The notes beneath the pieces were generated by a model. That model had not been told where the DNA came from. It did no database searches and was given only the letters and a program-made list of their open reading frames with translations. From contig NC_068992.1 of assembly GCF_001194135.2 (NCBI RefSeq), positions 15,811,298-15,855,495 of the forward strand: a stretch of DNA of 44,198 nucleotides. Direction: 5' to 3'. Within the stretch, counting starts at the first letter, position 1; each line of letters begins with the position of its first letter. The DNA comes from Octopus bimaculoides (lineage: Eukaryota). Position numbers and translations under genes: made by a program. Positions 22,840 to 35,410 of the stretch are shown here, one piece after another.

Positions 22840-23300
22840 ACGTTAACATTGGTGAGATGAATATAATTGCGGATGAACCGGTGTTTCGAACAAAATACCA
22901 ACCAGCGTTGATCTTATTCGAGCTACTTTTACTGGCACTTTATCATTCTAAATAGCAGAAACGCAGTGAGTTAATGATTAGAAACCGATAAGCAACGGCA
23001 GTCTTATATCCAAAAGTCATTATATAAAAGCAAATAGAAAAAGTAGCGTCTGCAAATTCTTTCAATAACCCAAAGTTTCCTTATTAACCACTTCCATTTT
23101 ATTGCTATGGTAATATATTCGTTCCCATGTCAGTTTCTTGCAGACATAGCAACTCTGAAGGCATTTTTTGTTGTTGGTGCCGCCCACGCTATAGATACAT
23201 ACGCAAGCCACCCCCCATAAAATATAGAGAATGAATGGTTGAGAGAAAGATGGTGAAGCAGACAAGATCCTTTTCTTTACGACCTTACTACCAAACACAT
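22840..23300 (-). pseudogene. Possible BEL/Pao LTR-retrotransposon integrase relic
   Basis: Minus strand KKRILSASP...GGTNNKKCLQSCYVCKKL resembles the HPILLP...GRxxVKKVLxxCxxCKK zinc-binding region. Downstream FVRNTGSSAIIFISPMLTF resembles FxxRRGxPxxIxSDNAxTF. Confidence 0.35.
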
Positions 23301-23487
23301 GACGGGGTCAAAAAGCTCTAAAACTCCAATCAAGAACATACATCACACGTACATACATATACATATACATACCTACATCGTACATACATATACGCATTCA
23401 TGCATAACATACATGTTTATATGCATAACACACTTATGCATGCATATGTCTAATGTTAGGCATACAATAGTCTTCCTTACATAATAC

Positions 23488-23790
23488 AGAGGGCGATCAA
23501 TAATTTTCGTATATGATATCTTTGGAACAACATGAATAAATGACTTCTATATAAAGTTTGTCAGTTATATTACATATCTGGTCTTAAAATATAAATGAAA
23601 AAAGTTTGCCAAATGTTCTTGTTTAGTTAGATAATACGGCTCAACTACGTTATGGATTCGGTCGATATTTATCAAAATGGAAGCGAGATAATATAGAATG
23701 AGATGCCAGTCAGTAAAAATAGCAGAACACTGCATAAGCTTTGCAGTGCAGGTTCGAATTTCATTGGACACGGCTTCTAACATCACTTGC
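23488..23790 (+). mobile_element. Mariner 5' fragment (TIR plus start of transposase, internally deleted)
   Basis: TA-CAGAGGGCGATCAATAA TIR-like end; remnants MEAR*YR and VRISLD (GRxSLxD-like). Confidence 0.4.
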
Positions 23791-23894
23791 ATATCTATTC
23801 TATAACACAATGGTTTCTAGGTTTGAGCCAAAGGTCACATTTCAGAGAGAAGGTTGTAGTCTATTATTATATTAGCGGATTATATAATCGATGT

Positions 23895-23985
23895 GGAGGC
23901 GCAATAGCCCAGTGATTAGGGGCAGCGGACTCGCGGTCATAGGATCGCATTTTCGATTCCCAAACCGGGCGTTGTGAGTGTTTAT
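23895..23985 (+). mobile_element. SINE family C, 5' head only
   Basis: GGAGGCGCAATAGCCCAGTGATTAGGGGCAGCGGACTCGCGGTCATAGGATCGC...CGGGCGTTGTGAGTGTTTATT matches the head of 8883-9262. Confidence 0.85.
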
Positions 23986-24675
23986 TTTTTTTCGCTGCTT
24001 CATATTGACGTAAAGGCACCATTTTTCATCTCCAGTGATAATGCAGTAAAGAAAATGCTGTTTGTGATCATGTGTTGAGCGATGTCGGGCGAGCGAACTG
24101 GCGGCAGTTGTGGAGCATTGATTTTTGTTGTTTTCGCTCAAAATGTGTGACACCCAAGCGCCGAATTTCTGAACCTTGTATTTCACCACAGTTTTTTTTT
24201 TATCACAATCCATCTGCTCCGCCAATTCTCTGATCGTTCGACGTGGATTTAAGTGAAGAAGTTGATTCAATCACTCTTTATCGAACTCAATTGGTCGACC
24301 GGTGTGTGATCCATCCTTCAAGTCAAAATTCCTATTTTTGAAGCGTGAAAACCTAAAGGCGGACAATATTTTGAGGCATTAATCCTTCCCCATACACAGC
24401 ACACATCTCACGAGCAGCTTCGGCGGGTTTAACGACTCGATTAAATGCACCAAGCAAATGATGTCGAAAGTGCCCAGATTTGGGTTTCATTTTAAGGATT
24501 TGAAAATACACAAAAACAATAAAATTTAAGAAGTCAAAACACAGTATCTTGTAGAACAAAAAAATTCTCTTTTAACTAACGTAAAACATTTTGCCAATGC
24601 GTTTTATTTGTGCGTGCATTTTTAAATTTGAAAAAGGTAAAAAAACCCGCTTATGAATTATTCCTCAACCCAAAA
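23986..24675 (-). mobile_element. Mariner transposon, 5' half (transposase pseudogene up to the first catalytic Asp)
   Basis: MKPKSGHFRHHLLGAFNR..AEAAREMCAVYGEG; LHLNPRRTIRELAEQMDCD; KVQKFGAWVSHILSENNKNQ; IITGDEKWCLYVNMKQRK. TIR-like end TTTTGGGTTGAGGAATAATTC. Frameshifts and stops present. Confidence 0.9.
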
Positions 24676-25075
24676 TATAAATGCGTTTGTATATCCGCAC
24701 TTATCTCATCAACCGCACAACCATTCATTCATTATTTTGCTATCTATCTGCTCGTCGATCTAACTAGCAAGACGAGTGGGTAGCTGTAAGAGTTTTATTT
24801 ACTTATCGACCTATGTTCTCTACTCCAGCATTTACTTTCTCTCCAAACAGATAAAATCCAGACATACAAATATATAAATAATGTTTCATTTTATTTTTAG
24901 TTAATACGTCTATTTGTTGCAGAATACATTCCCAATACACATTAGCAGACGAAGGCAACGATTTTCCGATGTTTCTAGTTATGTATGAATAACATATATC
25001 TGTGTATTCACTCTATCAGAGCTATGAATAAAAATAAGTAGAGAGGTTGTATTAAAGAATAGCATTAGAAAACAG

Positions 25076-25270
25076 TTAGAGACAAGTAGCTAAGCCACAA
25101 GAAGATATTATAATATTTTGATATTTAGACATTTCATGTAGGCGGTCTTCGGCGAGTACAGGCATCCAGTTAAGAACATTGAAAATCCTTGTGTTAGAGA
25201 CAAAAGGTCTGAGTACAAGGAATGCCTTAGGACTTATGTATAAGTTTGCAGTGTGGTACAGGACAAGAAT
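25076..25270 (-). pseudogene. CR1/L2-group LINE RT C-terminal relic
   Basis: AFLVLRPFVSNTRIFNVLNWMPVLAEDRLHEMSK resembles the RFxLxLxPRxxxxxxFxxLNWLPVxxR motif. Confidence 0.4.
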
Positions 25271-25330
25271 TGAAAGACGGCAATGCTGGTGATGGTGGTG
25301 TTGGCGGTGATGATGGCTTTGGTGGTTACT

Positions 25331-25651
25331 GTCACTCCGTCGGTTACGGCGACGAGGGTTCCAGTTGATCCTATCAACAGAACAGCCTTCTCTTGAAATT
25401 AACGCGAAAGTGGTTGAGCACTCCACAGACACGCGAAGACTTAACGTAGTTCTGAGGGAGATTTTGCGTGACATAAAATGTGACGAGGTAGGCCCTTTTA
25501 AATACAGGTACTACTTATTTTTGCTAGCTGAGTGGACTGGAGCAACGTGAAATAAAGTACCGTGCTCAAGGACACAAGGCACCACTGGGAATCGAACTCA
25601 CAGCCTTACGATTGTGAGCCGAATAACCTTATCACTAAGCCACGCGCCTTC
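25331..25651 (-). mobile_element. Full-length tRNA-derived SINE family D
   Basis: Head GAAGGCGCG-TGGCTTAGTGA...AGTTCGATTCC, then TTGTGTCCTTGAGCA (V-domain-like). Its 3' half is shared with family C and ends CCCTCGTCGCCGTAACCGACGGAGTGAC. Confidence 0.88.
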
Positions 25652-25800
25652 TGAGTTCAAATTCCGCCGAGGTCGACTTTACCTTTCATCCTTTCGGCGT
25701 CGATAAATTAAGCACCAGTTGCGTACTGGGGTCGATGTAATCAACAGGCCCTACCCTCACCCAAAATTATGGGCCTTGCGTCTAGAATAAGCAAGAATAT
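25649..25800 (+). mobile_element. SINE family A, 5'-truncated
   Basis: TTCTGAGTTCAAATTCCGCCGAGGTCGACTTTACCTTTCATCCTTTCGG...TACTGGGGTCGATGTAATC. Confidence 0.85.
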
Positions 25801-26252
25801 CAATCAATAAATAGATTTGTACATGAATACGAAATATCGTTATCTGTTTTATTTGAAACAAATGTTAAAACAAAAATTCAAAGCAAATAAGGACGCTCAG
25901 CATTTGAAACCTGTAAGTAGCAGGATCAATACCCGTTATTTATCATTAAATTGTTGAGCTTTACCTGATATTATTGAATACGTATACAAACAAAATTAAA
26001 CCGAAACAATACAAAAGAAAATATCAGAAAATGCCTTTGAGAAATAACTAGCCAATTTAATTCGTGTTTGCAATTTTGTCGGAAAATCTCTATAATTCTA
26101 GAATTTGTTAAATGTGTTCCCCGGTCGTCTGTGATGTGTATATATAACAGGTATTGATATGTAACGACCATTTCGGTGGATTGGTTGAGTTTTTAGTTAG
26201 ACCCATTTAAAATTTTTATTCATATGCAAACATAGCCACACACACGCACGCG

Positions 26253-26299
<47 letters not shown>

Positions 26300-26300
26300 A

Positions 26301-26340
<40 letters not shown>

Positions 26341-26889
26341 CGCATATACATTACTCCTACACAAATGTACATGCATATATATATTTGTGCATATATAGAC
26401 ATTCATATAATCTGATGCACAAATATACATGAATGTATATTCGTATAAATATCTACATATACATCCACATAATATATTGATATATATTTATAGGCATGTA
26501 TTTGTTAGTATGAGTTTCTGTACACTCAGATATATACGCACATACATAATACATACATTCGTACATACATATACATACATACATACATCCTCCACACATA
26601 CTCACTACATACATACATACATTTATTTACAGTCTGTAGTTCAATTTGATTCCCAGGTGTTTTGTTTCGTATTAACAGATTCTTGCTGAGAATAGCGAAG
26701 GTGGAAGCTATACGTTCTTCAATGTTCTCCTCTATTTGTTTCTGTAGATAAGAAAAGAATTGCAAAGGGAATTTACTGGAACTTTCTTTGGTAATATCGT
26801 TATTAATAGCACTACAAAACAAAATACATTTGTTTTTCATCGGAAAAGAAAAGTAGAACTTTACAAATCAGTTTCGGACTCTTATTCCA

Positions 26890-27410
<521 letters not shown>

Positions 27411-27692
27411 ATAAAACAAGCTTCTCACGAGGTCTCGAAGCATTCCTTGACGTGAGCACAAAACTGGCAGCGGAAATTTAAAGTTGTATTTCCCCCATCT
27501 GTAATGTCGTTGTCCAACGGTGCGTAGACTATGTTAACGTCTGTTGTGCATGAGATCATATACGATACTATATTTTGGAGATTTTCGTCAATAACGCCAA
27601 CTATATATTCAAGTTATTGGCAGGAATGCATCATATAAAATTGGAGATCTCCCAAGACAAATGAGGTAGACAGATTCCTGGTGTTTTATTAT

Positions 27693-27885
27693 GCAACAGC
27701 TGGTTTTGCTGTGTTTACGTTTTCGTAAAATAGCAGTTCAGCAAAAGAGACCGATAGAATAAGTACCAGGCTTTAAAATAAAAAAAAAAAACCGGTGTCG
27801 ATTTATTCGATTGAAGTTTCTTCAAAGTCGTGCCCCAGCATGGCCTCTGTCTAGTGACTGAAACAAGCAAAAGAAAAAAACAAGA
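27693..27885 (+). mobile_element. SINE family B, 3' part
   Basis: CAGCAAAAGAGACCGATAGAATAAGTACCAGGCTT...GTCGATTTATTCGA...GTGCCCCAGCATGGCC...TGACTGAAACAAG. Confidence 0.8.
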
Positions 27886-28959
27886 GATTAAACATTAGCA
27901 TGTATTGCTTGCTATATTTTGGGTTACTAAAAGTTTGGTGTTGCAGGCTAGAATACGCTACTTTTAATATTTTATTTACATATTTATATTAATGAGAATT
28001 TAGACTAATCAGTCATATTAACTGAGCAATTAAATAAAACCTGTTTAAGCTTATTTTTAAATACTTTGATTCATATTGTATTATGATTGAGCAATTATGG
28101 AAAAACAATTCGCAAAGGGACCATAGTTATTATAGTATTAAATGATTGAATACATTAATTTTCCAATGGTGTTCATAGACCAAAGAATTAAATTGAAAAA
28201 TTGAAAGCCCAGTGATGTAAAATTTTGTTTTCTATTGTAAGTTATTGCATTGTTGATTGTTTATTTTATTATATTATATAATGACCACTTCAAAACTAAT
28301 GCGTAATATTTTATATATTCTGTGCAAAATGTTCAAGCAATCGTTTCACGTGTGATTTAGTTTTTTAAGTATTTTATTCATCAATTCAATATAAAATTTC
28401 AACGCTGTTTAAAATTGATTTTAAGCTCAAAATATCTTGATAATTATAAATAGTTAATGTATTGTAATGTTATTCACATATGTTATATAATTATTGAATT
28501 CAGAAAATTTTTATGTACTGCTGTTTGGAAATAGTTTGCCTCTAGAGATATAGTCTTCACTATCGGTGGTGAGGTATATGCTTATTACTAAGATTTTACT
28601 AGTAATAACATGCTGAGTTAATGTCTTCCACTTTGTTTAAGATGGAAAGATGTTAGTTGAAATATATTGACTGCTCTCTGTAGCATGTAGACGATGTAAA
28701 TGTGCCGTATATTAATATCAATAAAAAGTTAATAACAGCAATTACTCTGTCATATGGTGACACTCAGAAGAAACTAGGTGTTCTTAAAGCTAATTCTCAT
28801 TATTTCAAAGCTATACCCATGTAATGTATTCAAAATCTGAGCTAATCAATTCACAATTTTCAAATTGGAAGAGGGAAATAAAACACGATAGCAAAAGATT
28901 ATAGAGAATTACAGGTGAAAGAGGCATCGGAAATGTTTTGCCCTGCGTATGTAGAAAAC

Positions 28960-29440
28960 GTACGAGCTAGCAGAATTATTGCACGCTTGTCTTCAGAATC
29001 CTTCATGATATTAGAAATACTTCTGTGCCATCTGAATACATCTTAGGCTCTCAACCTTTTCGCCTCCTTAGGTAGTACGACTGGGGCAGCGAAAACTGAT
29101 TTAGTGTTCGATCACTGAAGGGTTCCGTCTGCGGTCTCTTATCAGCCACAGCGACCTAGAGTTGGTTCAGCTGCCATGCCTATGTTTTTGGTGGTTCACT
29201 TAATTTGTTTGGTGTTAGATCAATCTTCTGTAGAAAACAGAACACAGACCCTACTACAAATCTGCAGCACCGACTTCAATTAAGAATGAGACCGCGTGCC
29301 ATCCGTTCTCAGTGTCCTGTCGACGAAGTCTTGATATTCATACTGAGTAAATTGTGGGATTACAAAATCACAAATCTGGTTTAACAAACCATGATTCTCG
29401 GCCTAAATATAAAATTCACAACGAACTATCAAAGCAGTTT
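28960..29440 (-). pseudogene. 3' end of an R2-superfamily (HERO/NeSL-like) non-LTR retrotransposon: restriction-like endonuclease relic
   Basis: Frameshifted minus-strand pieces in the expected order: KPDL, YEYQDFV, ENGWHAVSFLIEVG, NIGMAAE, SRSLWLIR. These resemble RPD...KYQDL...GWxxxxFPVEVGCRGF...AAExSSRWLWLRR. Confidence 0.55.
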
Positions 29441-29560
29441 TTCCAGTCGCAAAGCTTGAACTGTCATTATTAGTATTTGTAAATTGTCATGCAAGTATTA
29501 GAAGTTGTATAAGGGAGAAAAGACAGGAAAATATTTATTTCTGAAATGCTTGCGGTGAAA

Positions 29561-29631
29561 GTATGGCCGTGTGATTGTGTAGTAAGAAGACTATTTCTCA
29601 ACCACATGGCTCCGGGTTCAGTGCCAGTGCC
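29561..29631 (+). mobile_element. SINE family B-like head fragment
   Basis: GTATGGCCGTGTG..GTAAGAAG...CAACCACATGGCTCCGGGTTCAGTGCC. Confidence 0.6.
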
Positions 29632-29634
29632 ATT

Positions 29635-29945
29635 CAAGACGAAAGGTGTTCTTACATCAGGAGAATGCTCGGCCACATACAGGGAGGATGACATTCCAAA
29701 GGCTGGAACAGTTTGAATGGAAAACGATGCCCTACTCACCATTTTCGCCCTGTCTGATTATCATTTATTCCGCAGTCTTCAAAATCATTTGGATGGAAAA
29801 AATATGAATTCTGTAGACGAGGTCAGAACAATACTGGAGGAGAATGTTTCGTCACGGAGAAGTGAATTTTGTAGAAAATGAAGGAGAGCATATTTTACAT
29901 TAAAAAGGAACTTTGTTTATCTCAATTTTGAAAATTAAAGAAGTA
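29635..29945 (+). mobile_element. Mariner transposase C-terminal fragment (DD34D region)
   Basis: RRKVFLHQENARPHTGRMTFQRLEQFEWKTMPYSPFSP..SDYHLFRSLQNHLDGKNMNSVDEVRT carries the HxNARPH and YSPxxxPSDYHLF motifs. Confidence 0.85.
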
Positions 29946-29949
29946 AAAG

Positions 29950-30813
29950 AAGCCTGTTAACAAATATAGGGTCTTACAGCAGCGACCCTCTTGACCCAGA
30001 GCAGCACTACCTCCTCCAGGCACTTGGTGTTGGCCTCCGCGTTGGGTCTGAGGCTGTGTGGGAAGATGAATGGAGGCATAACGTCACTCCAAACACCACG
30101 ATGTTGACTGGATGTTTAATTTTCATCACTCTCCGTACATGTTTGGAGACACGGCAAGCCAACGGTTATTCTGTGTGTTCACCATCAGATAATGGTAGAA
30201 ATTTTCTCGTCTGAAAAAAACTAAAGCATGTTTGGTTGTAAGGGATGCTTGAGTTTGTTTAAAAGCTTCGTAGCGCGGTCTTTCCTCTTGCCCTCGATAG
30301 CTTGGGATAAAAACTGGCCCTTTCTCATATTGTATGAGGAATACCGAATGTCTTCATACACTACCTGCCTGATAAGAAATTCAGACACTCTCTTGTCCCT
30401 GATGATGGACTTGATTGACTCAGAAGGATCGTTGTCAATCATGGCCTGGATCTCACCAACAAATTTAGGAATTCTTGTCTTATCAGAACGATTAGAGTGA
30501 GTTTTCCGAACTGCCGTACCTTCGTAATCACCATTAAATTGATCCAACTCTTTCCGAATCCTCTGTACTGTTCTCAGATTGACACCCAAACACTCTGAAA
30601 TGTTCGTATTGGAGCTTCCGGCGCGAATGCCAAGCAGTACAGTATGTCGTTTCCAAATTTCTGGCAGAGTGAATTGCATCATGGCGTTGTTTTTCTCAAA
30701 GACAGTGCCCAACTGACTCTATTATACTGTGTAGTTGACAAAATCCCAAACAAACAATGCACATACGCGAAAATGAAAATATAAAATCGCGACAATTTAC
30801 CCATCGCAGCCTG
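29950..30813 (-). mobile_element. Tc1/mariner-superfamily element (maT/DD37D-like), 5' two-thirds
   Basis: TA|CAGGCTGCGATGGGTAAATTGTC end at 30813. ORF MQFTLPEIWKRHTVLLGIRAG..ECLGVNLRTVQRIRKEL (HTH)...LLNKLKHPLQPNML*FFSDEK..VNTQNNRWLA..KHPVNIVVFG..PPFIFP..RPYI, broken just before the second catalytic Asp. Confidence 0.85.
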
Positions 30814-30955
30814 TATATATATATATATATATATATATTACTTGTCAGTGTGAACGCAGTCTCTTTACACAGCAGAGGTCATTGTTGTTCATAACAATGA
30901 TGAATGCTAATGGCTAAAATATAAGACAAAATAGGATATAAAAGTTAAGTAAGTT

Positions 30956-31716
30956 TTAATACAACCAAACGTCACTACAAAAGGTTGACATTTCCCCCAG
31001 GTTGACACTAGCAATCTCCATTTTAGTTCTTATCAGATCTACGTCAAGTTGTCCATGCTCGCATAGGTCAGTTGGTATGGCTAGAAATACTTTACTTAAT
31101 GACTGGCAACAGGGTTTATTGATTGCCATTGTGAAAGTTACTCGAACTGGAAGCTGTAATCGATTAAGTGTGAATATCAGTTTCGCGACAGAATGTTTCA
31201 ATTCTTTGCATCAACATGTGTTTCTCGTTCTTCAACAGTGTTTATGCAAATAAATTAGTGTCTCATCGAAGTCTACTAACCTTACTGAAATGTTGTAAAA
31301 TATTACTACTTATCCCTTTTATTCGGATCTTCAAATGATGTACAATGATCTTCAGTAATGTTGGAGCTTCTTAGAATTCCCATTTTATAATGGTTCAGAC
31401 ATGTCTTCAAACATGATCGGAAACAATTATTTTACTAATTTCCTCATTTATACAATGACAAACAACATTAGTAAAGAATCAAAATGTTCCTTCTCTGATG
31501 AAATCAGAATCCAAAGGCTTGCCCCAAGAATATTTTATGCTTACTCAATATATCATTAATACGAAGAAAAATATAACATGTCTGAAATCTGTAGCTGTAT
31601 ATTGAAGGCATGTTTCGGCTTTGTTTCTGTCTTCTAAGTGAATGGTTCATAACTACTTCCATAATATTGACACTACCAGCATATGATATGTTTGTCGAAA
31701 ACAGCATTATTATTAC

Positions 31717-31806
<90 letters not shown>

Positions 31807-32330
31807 TAATTGAAATATTATTGTGGTGTCACTAATCGGCAAATTATCTTGCAAAAATATTTCAAAGGAACGCACACATTTAAAGCGTTTCTTACCAATA
31901 GATCAATCAACAGACACGATTTTGTTTCTCTCAGTTTGTGGCTGTCCTTAATTCAGCAAACAAAGTCCCTGTCTTAGAAACTGGAGTACAATGAAACATG
32001 GAAAGTGGAATGAACGGTATAATAACTTCTGTAGAATAATGCAGCGAATCTTGAAGAGTCAGTGGTGGGAACTAGTTAATTCAAACATGCTTCCACATAT
32101 TCCATATGAGTCTCAGCATCTTCTTTCGAAACAGAGATTAGTACGAGAACTGTGCAAATTACGTTTCAAAATGTTTTCCAAGAGATTTGTATCAGTATAT
32201 GCGAATGTTGCAGTTACAAACAATGATATTGGAATCTTGGAAGAATATTTCAGCATGTGAGCGTAAGAAACAGACTTGGGATCCCCTAGCGGCTAATATC
32301 GCACATTTAGTCTTGAAAAATTCTTTGCAC
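30956..32330 (-). pseudogene. Helitron PIF1-type helicase relic
   Basis: LNRLQLPVRVTFTMAINKPCCQSLSKVFLAIPTDLCEHGQLDVDLIRT matches the Helitron RLQFPVRLAFAMTINKSQGQSL...HGQLYVALSR motif. Upstream remnants EKHMLMQRI, CFRQ..SILWK..HL and AH..KIPI; interrupted by (ATT)n at 31707-31803. Confidence 0.7.
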
Positions 32331-33460
32331 AGAATCGAGAACAGCCAGTGATGGGAAGTAGGAAATGGATACGGCTAGAGCCTTATAGCCATTTGGTGTT
32401 TTCTGTGCATCCCATGCATGAGACTTTCATAACATTCTGCACTTGATTCTCGGTGATACCATTCCTTTTGTTTCTTTACAGTCGATATAAATACATACAT
32501 TACACCAACTCACGTTTATCTACCTTTCTTACCTTTATATATCTATATCTCTCTATACACACACACACACACACACATTTGTGTTGCAAGGTTCCTGGTG
32601 TGAAACCGTGTGTTGAAAGAGATATGGTTATAGAAAAAACGACCATCCAGAAATATAACAATATGTGTTTATATATATATATATATATATANNNNNNNNN
32701 NNNNNNNNNNNNNNNNNNNNNNNNNNNNNNNNNNNNNNNNNNNNNNNNNNNNNNNNNNNNNNNNNNNNNNNNNNNNNNNNNNNNNNNNNNNNNNNNNNNN
32801 NNNNNNNNNNNNNNNNNNNNNNNNNNNNNNNNNNNNNNNNNNNNNNNNNNNNNNNNNNNNNNNNNNNNNNNNNNNNNNNNNNNNNNNNNNNNNNNNNNNN
32901 NNNNNNNNNNNNNNNNNNNNNNNNNNNNNNNNNNNNNNNNNNNNNNNNNNNNNNNNNNNNNNNNNNNNNNNNNNNNNNNNNNNNNNNNNNNNNNNNNNNN
33001 NNNNNNNNNNNNNNNNNNNNNNNNNNNNNNNNNNNNNNNNNNNNNNNNNNNNNNNNNNNNNNNNNNNNNNNNNNNNNNNNNNNNNNNNNNNNNNNNNNNN
33101 NNNNNNNNNNNNNNNNNNNNNNNNNNNNNNNNNNNNNNNNNNNNNNNNNNNNNNNNNNNNNNNNNNNNNNNNNNNNNNNNNNNNNNNNNNNNNNNNNNNN
33201 NNNNNNNNNNNNNNNNNNNNNNNNNNNNNNNNNNNNNNNNNNNNNNNNNNNNNNNNNNNNNNNNNNNNNNNNNNNNNNNNNNNNNNNNNNNNNNNNNNNN
33301 NNNNNNNNNNNNNNNNNNNNNNNNNNNNNNNNNNNNNNNNNNNNNNNNNNNNNNNNNNNNNNNNNNNNNNNNNNNNNNNNNNNNNNNNNNNNNNNNNNNN
33401 NNNNNNNNNNNNNNNNNNNNNNNNNNNNNNNNNNNNNNNNNNNNNNNNNNNNNNNNNNNN

Positions 33461-33537
33461 CGATTTGCTCGACTAAAGGTGGTGCTCCAGCATGGCCGCA
33501 GTCAAATGACTGAAACAAGTAAAAGAATAAAAGAATA
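33461..33537 (+). mobile_element. SINE family B 3' tail (remainder in the gap)
   Basis: CGATTTGCTCGACTAAAGGTGGTGCTCCAGCATGGCCGCAGTCAAATGACTGAAACAAGTAAAAGAATAAAAGAA. Confidence 0.85.
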
Positions 33538-33601
33538 GGCATATTTATGTGTGCATGTGTGTGCGTGTGTGTGCGTGTGTGTGCGTGTGTATTTGTGTGT
33601 T

Positions 33602-33642
<41 letters not shown>

Positions 33643-33821
33643 CTTATATAAAACGGATACATATACGGCCTAGGACAGAGAAACTAGAACTAAGTACAAC
33701 TTCGGTAGAATGTTTTTGCATTTGTTTCAGGTATACTTTATACTTCGTAACTGAAAAAACAAAAAAACCTTTGCTATTTACGTTTTAGCAAAATACTCTT
33801 CCTCCATTTCTCTCAGCATAT

Positions 33822-33882
33822 GTGGTGCACCAGCATGGCCGCAGCCACTTGGCTGAAACACATAAATAAATAAATAAATATG
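33822..33882 (+). mobile_element. Isolated LINE/SINE 3' tail
   Basis: GTGGTGCACCAGCATGGCCGCAGCCACTTGGCTGAAACAC(ATAA)n is close to the LINE end at 6861-6905. Confidence 0.65.
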
Positions 33883-33910
33883 TGTTTATATGCATGCAAG
33901 TATTTATGTA

Positions 33911-33952
<42 letters not shown>

Positions 33953-34070
33953 CATATATACATACACATACTTATATATATCTATATAGATATGTTTGTA
34001 TGTATATATGTACATAATATTATGCCTCATTGCATGGATTTGTTAGTGCTATGCAAACTACATCTATCTC

Positions 34071-34143
<73 letters not shown>

Positions 34144-34329
34144 GTGCGTGAGCGCGCACACATATATAACATAAACATGCATTAATAGTAGTGACACTGC
34201 ATTTTCTATAACACAATGTTAACGTTGCAGGAAATCTTTTGTATAGTTATATGGTAAAAATCTTTCTCTAGTATTGTTGGATGATTTGGAAATGTGTTTT
34301 TTCGAATCCTTCAATTATTGTTTCTTTTT

Positions 34330-34700
34330 ATTCTCATTGACATGTAGTATATTACTACTGAGAAAACGTGTGTTGGATAGCCATCTCATTAGCTGTTATT
34401 GTTCGACGTGGGTGTTTCCAGAAGAAATTTATAGATGGCATAAATTCATAAAACGAACACGGATAAGAATAATATTCATAAAAAGAGGAGCTGCCAAAAG
34501 AATGGATATTTCTTATATTATAATCTTTTGTTTCCATGGTTCTGTTTACTTGATATCGATCGAATCTTTCAAGTATCTTGAACAATTTCTATTAATTTAT
34601 CAGGAGTATATTTATGTTTTAGTTTCTCGAACACCAATCACAGTTCATGTGAAGCCATCCATTGTTGACACATTATAAAACTGCTGAGTAGGTCTACAAC
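34330..34700 (-). pseudogene. Possible Helitron Rep-domain relic
   Basis: YNIRNIHSFGS..SYPC..INFFWKHPRRTITANE followed, after a frameshift, by DGYPTH resembles MIHGPCG..SPCM..KxFPKxFxxxTxxxxDGYPxY. Same strand as, and upstream of, the helicase relic. Confidence 0.4.
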
Positions 34701-35159
34701 AGATGAAGAGTTAATTCTCAGTGCTATAATGAAAAGTTTTATGCATCAATGCTGCTCATAATTTTCCGGTGAACCGAGTCTTGGTTTCCAACTTCGATAG
34801 CAGGTTTGTTACAAGTTCGCATTTTTGAACAAATCCTTTTGTTGAAAGAAACGTCTTTGCAAATTGCGTGTTGTTGATTCGTGAACTCTGTAGGATAAAC
34901 GACTAGTTTGATAGATATCTATTATCATTAAGCTAAGCGGCGGATGGCTTTATGTCATTTGAGAAATATAATGAATAGAGTTTCGGAAATATAGGATAAT
35001 CTAGGATCCGTGACAATCATCTGCACTTTCTAATATCTATAGTTGTGATATTTAATTCTCATTTTCTAGAGTTGTGCCACCTAGATTTAAGCAACTAACG
35101 TGAGATTTTGTCACGTTAGATTTTAGCGGTGGATTTAAATTGTGTTGGCATTACACGAA

Positions 35160-35410
35160 TAGAAACCGTTTCTACTCGAATCTTTGCATTTTGAGATCAA
35201 ATCCCGCCAAGATCAACTTGCCTTTTATTCTTTCGTGTTCGACAAAATATAGTACCTGTCAACCAGTGGGATCGAATAATCTCTTTTCCTCCAAATTTCT
35301 GGGGGCATTGATTAACAACGCTCCACTTTCTGAGTTCAAATACCGCTGAGGCCAAATTTACTTTTCAGGTCCCTGTTGCCGATAAATAGTTTAAATAAAG
35401 TACCTTTCAA
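35160..35410 (+). mobile_element. Two old SINE family A fragments
   Basis: TTGAGATCAAATCCCGCCAAGATCAACTTGCCTTTTATTCTTTCG and TTCTGAGTTCAAATACCGCTGAGGCCAAATTTAC. Confidence 0.55.

Noticed and set aside
31991-32260. 89-aa plus-strand ORF MKHGKWNERY...
   Set aside because: No recognisable domain; better explained as the antisense of the Helitron helicase relic.
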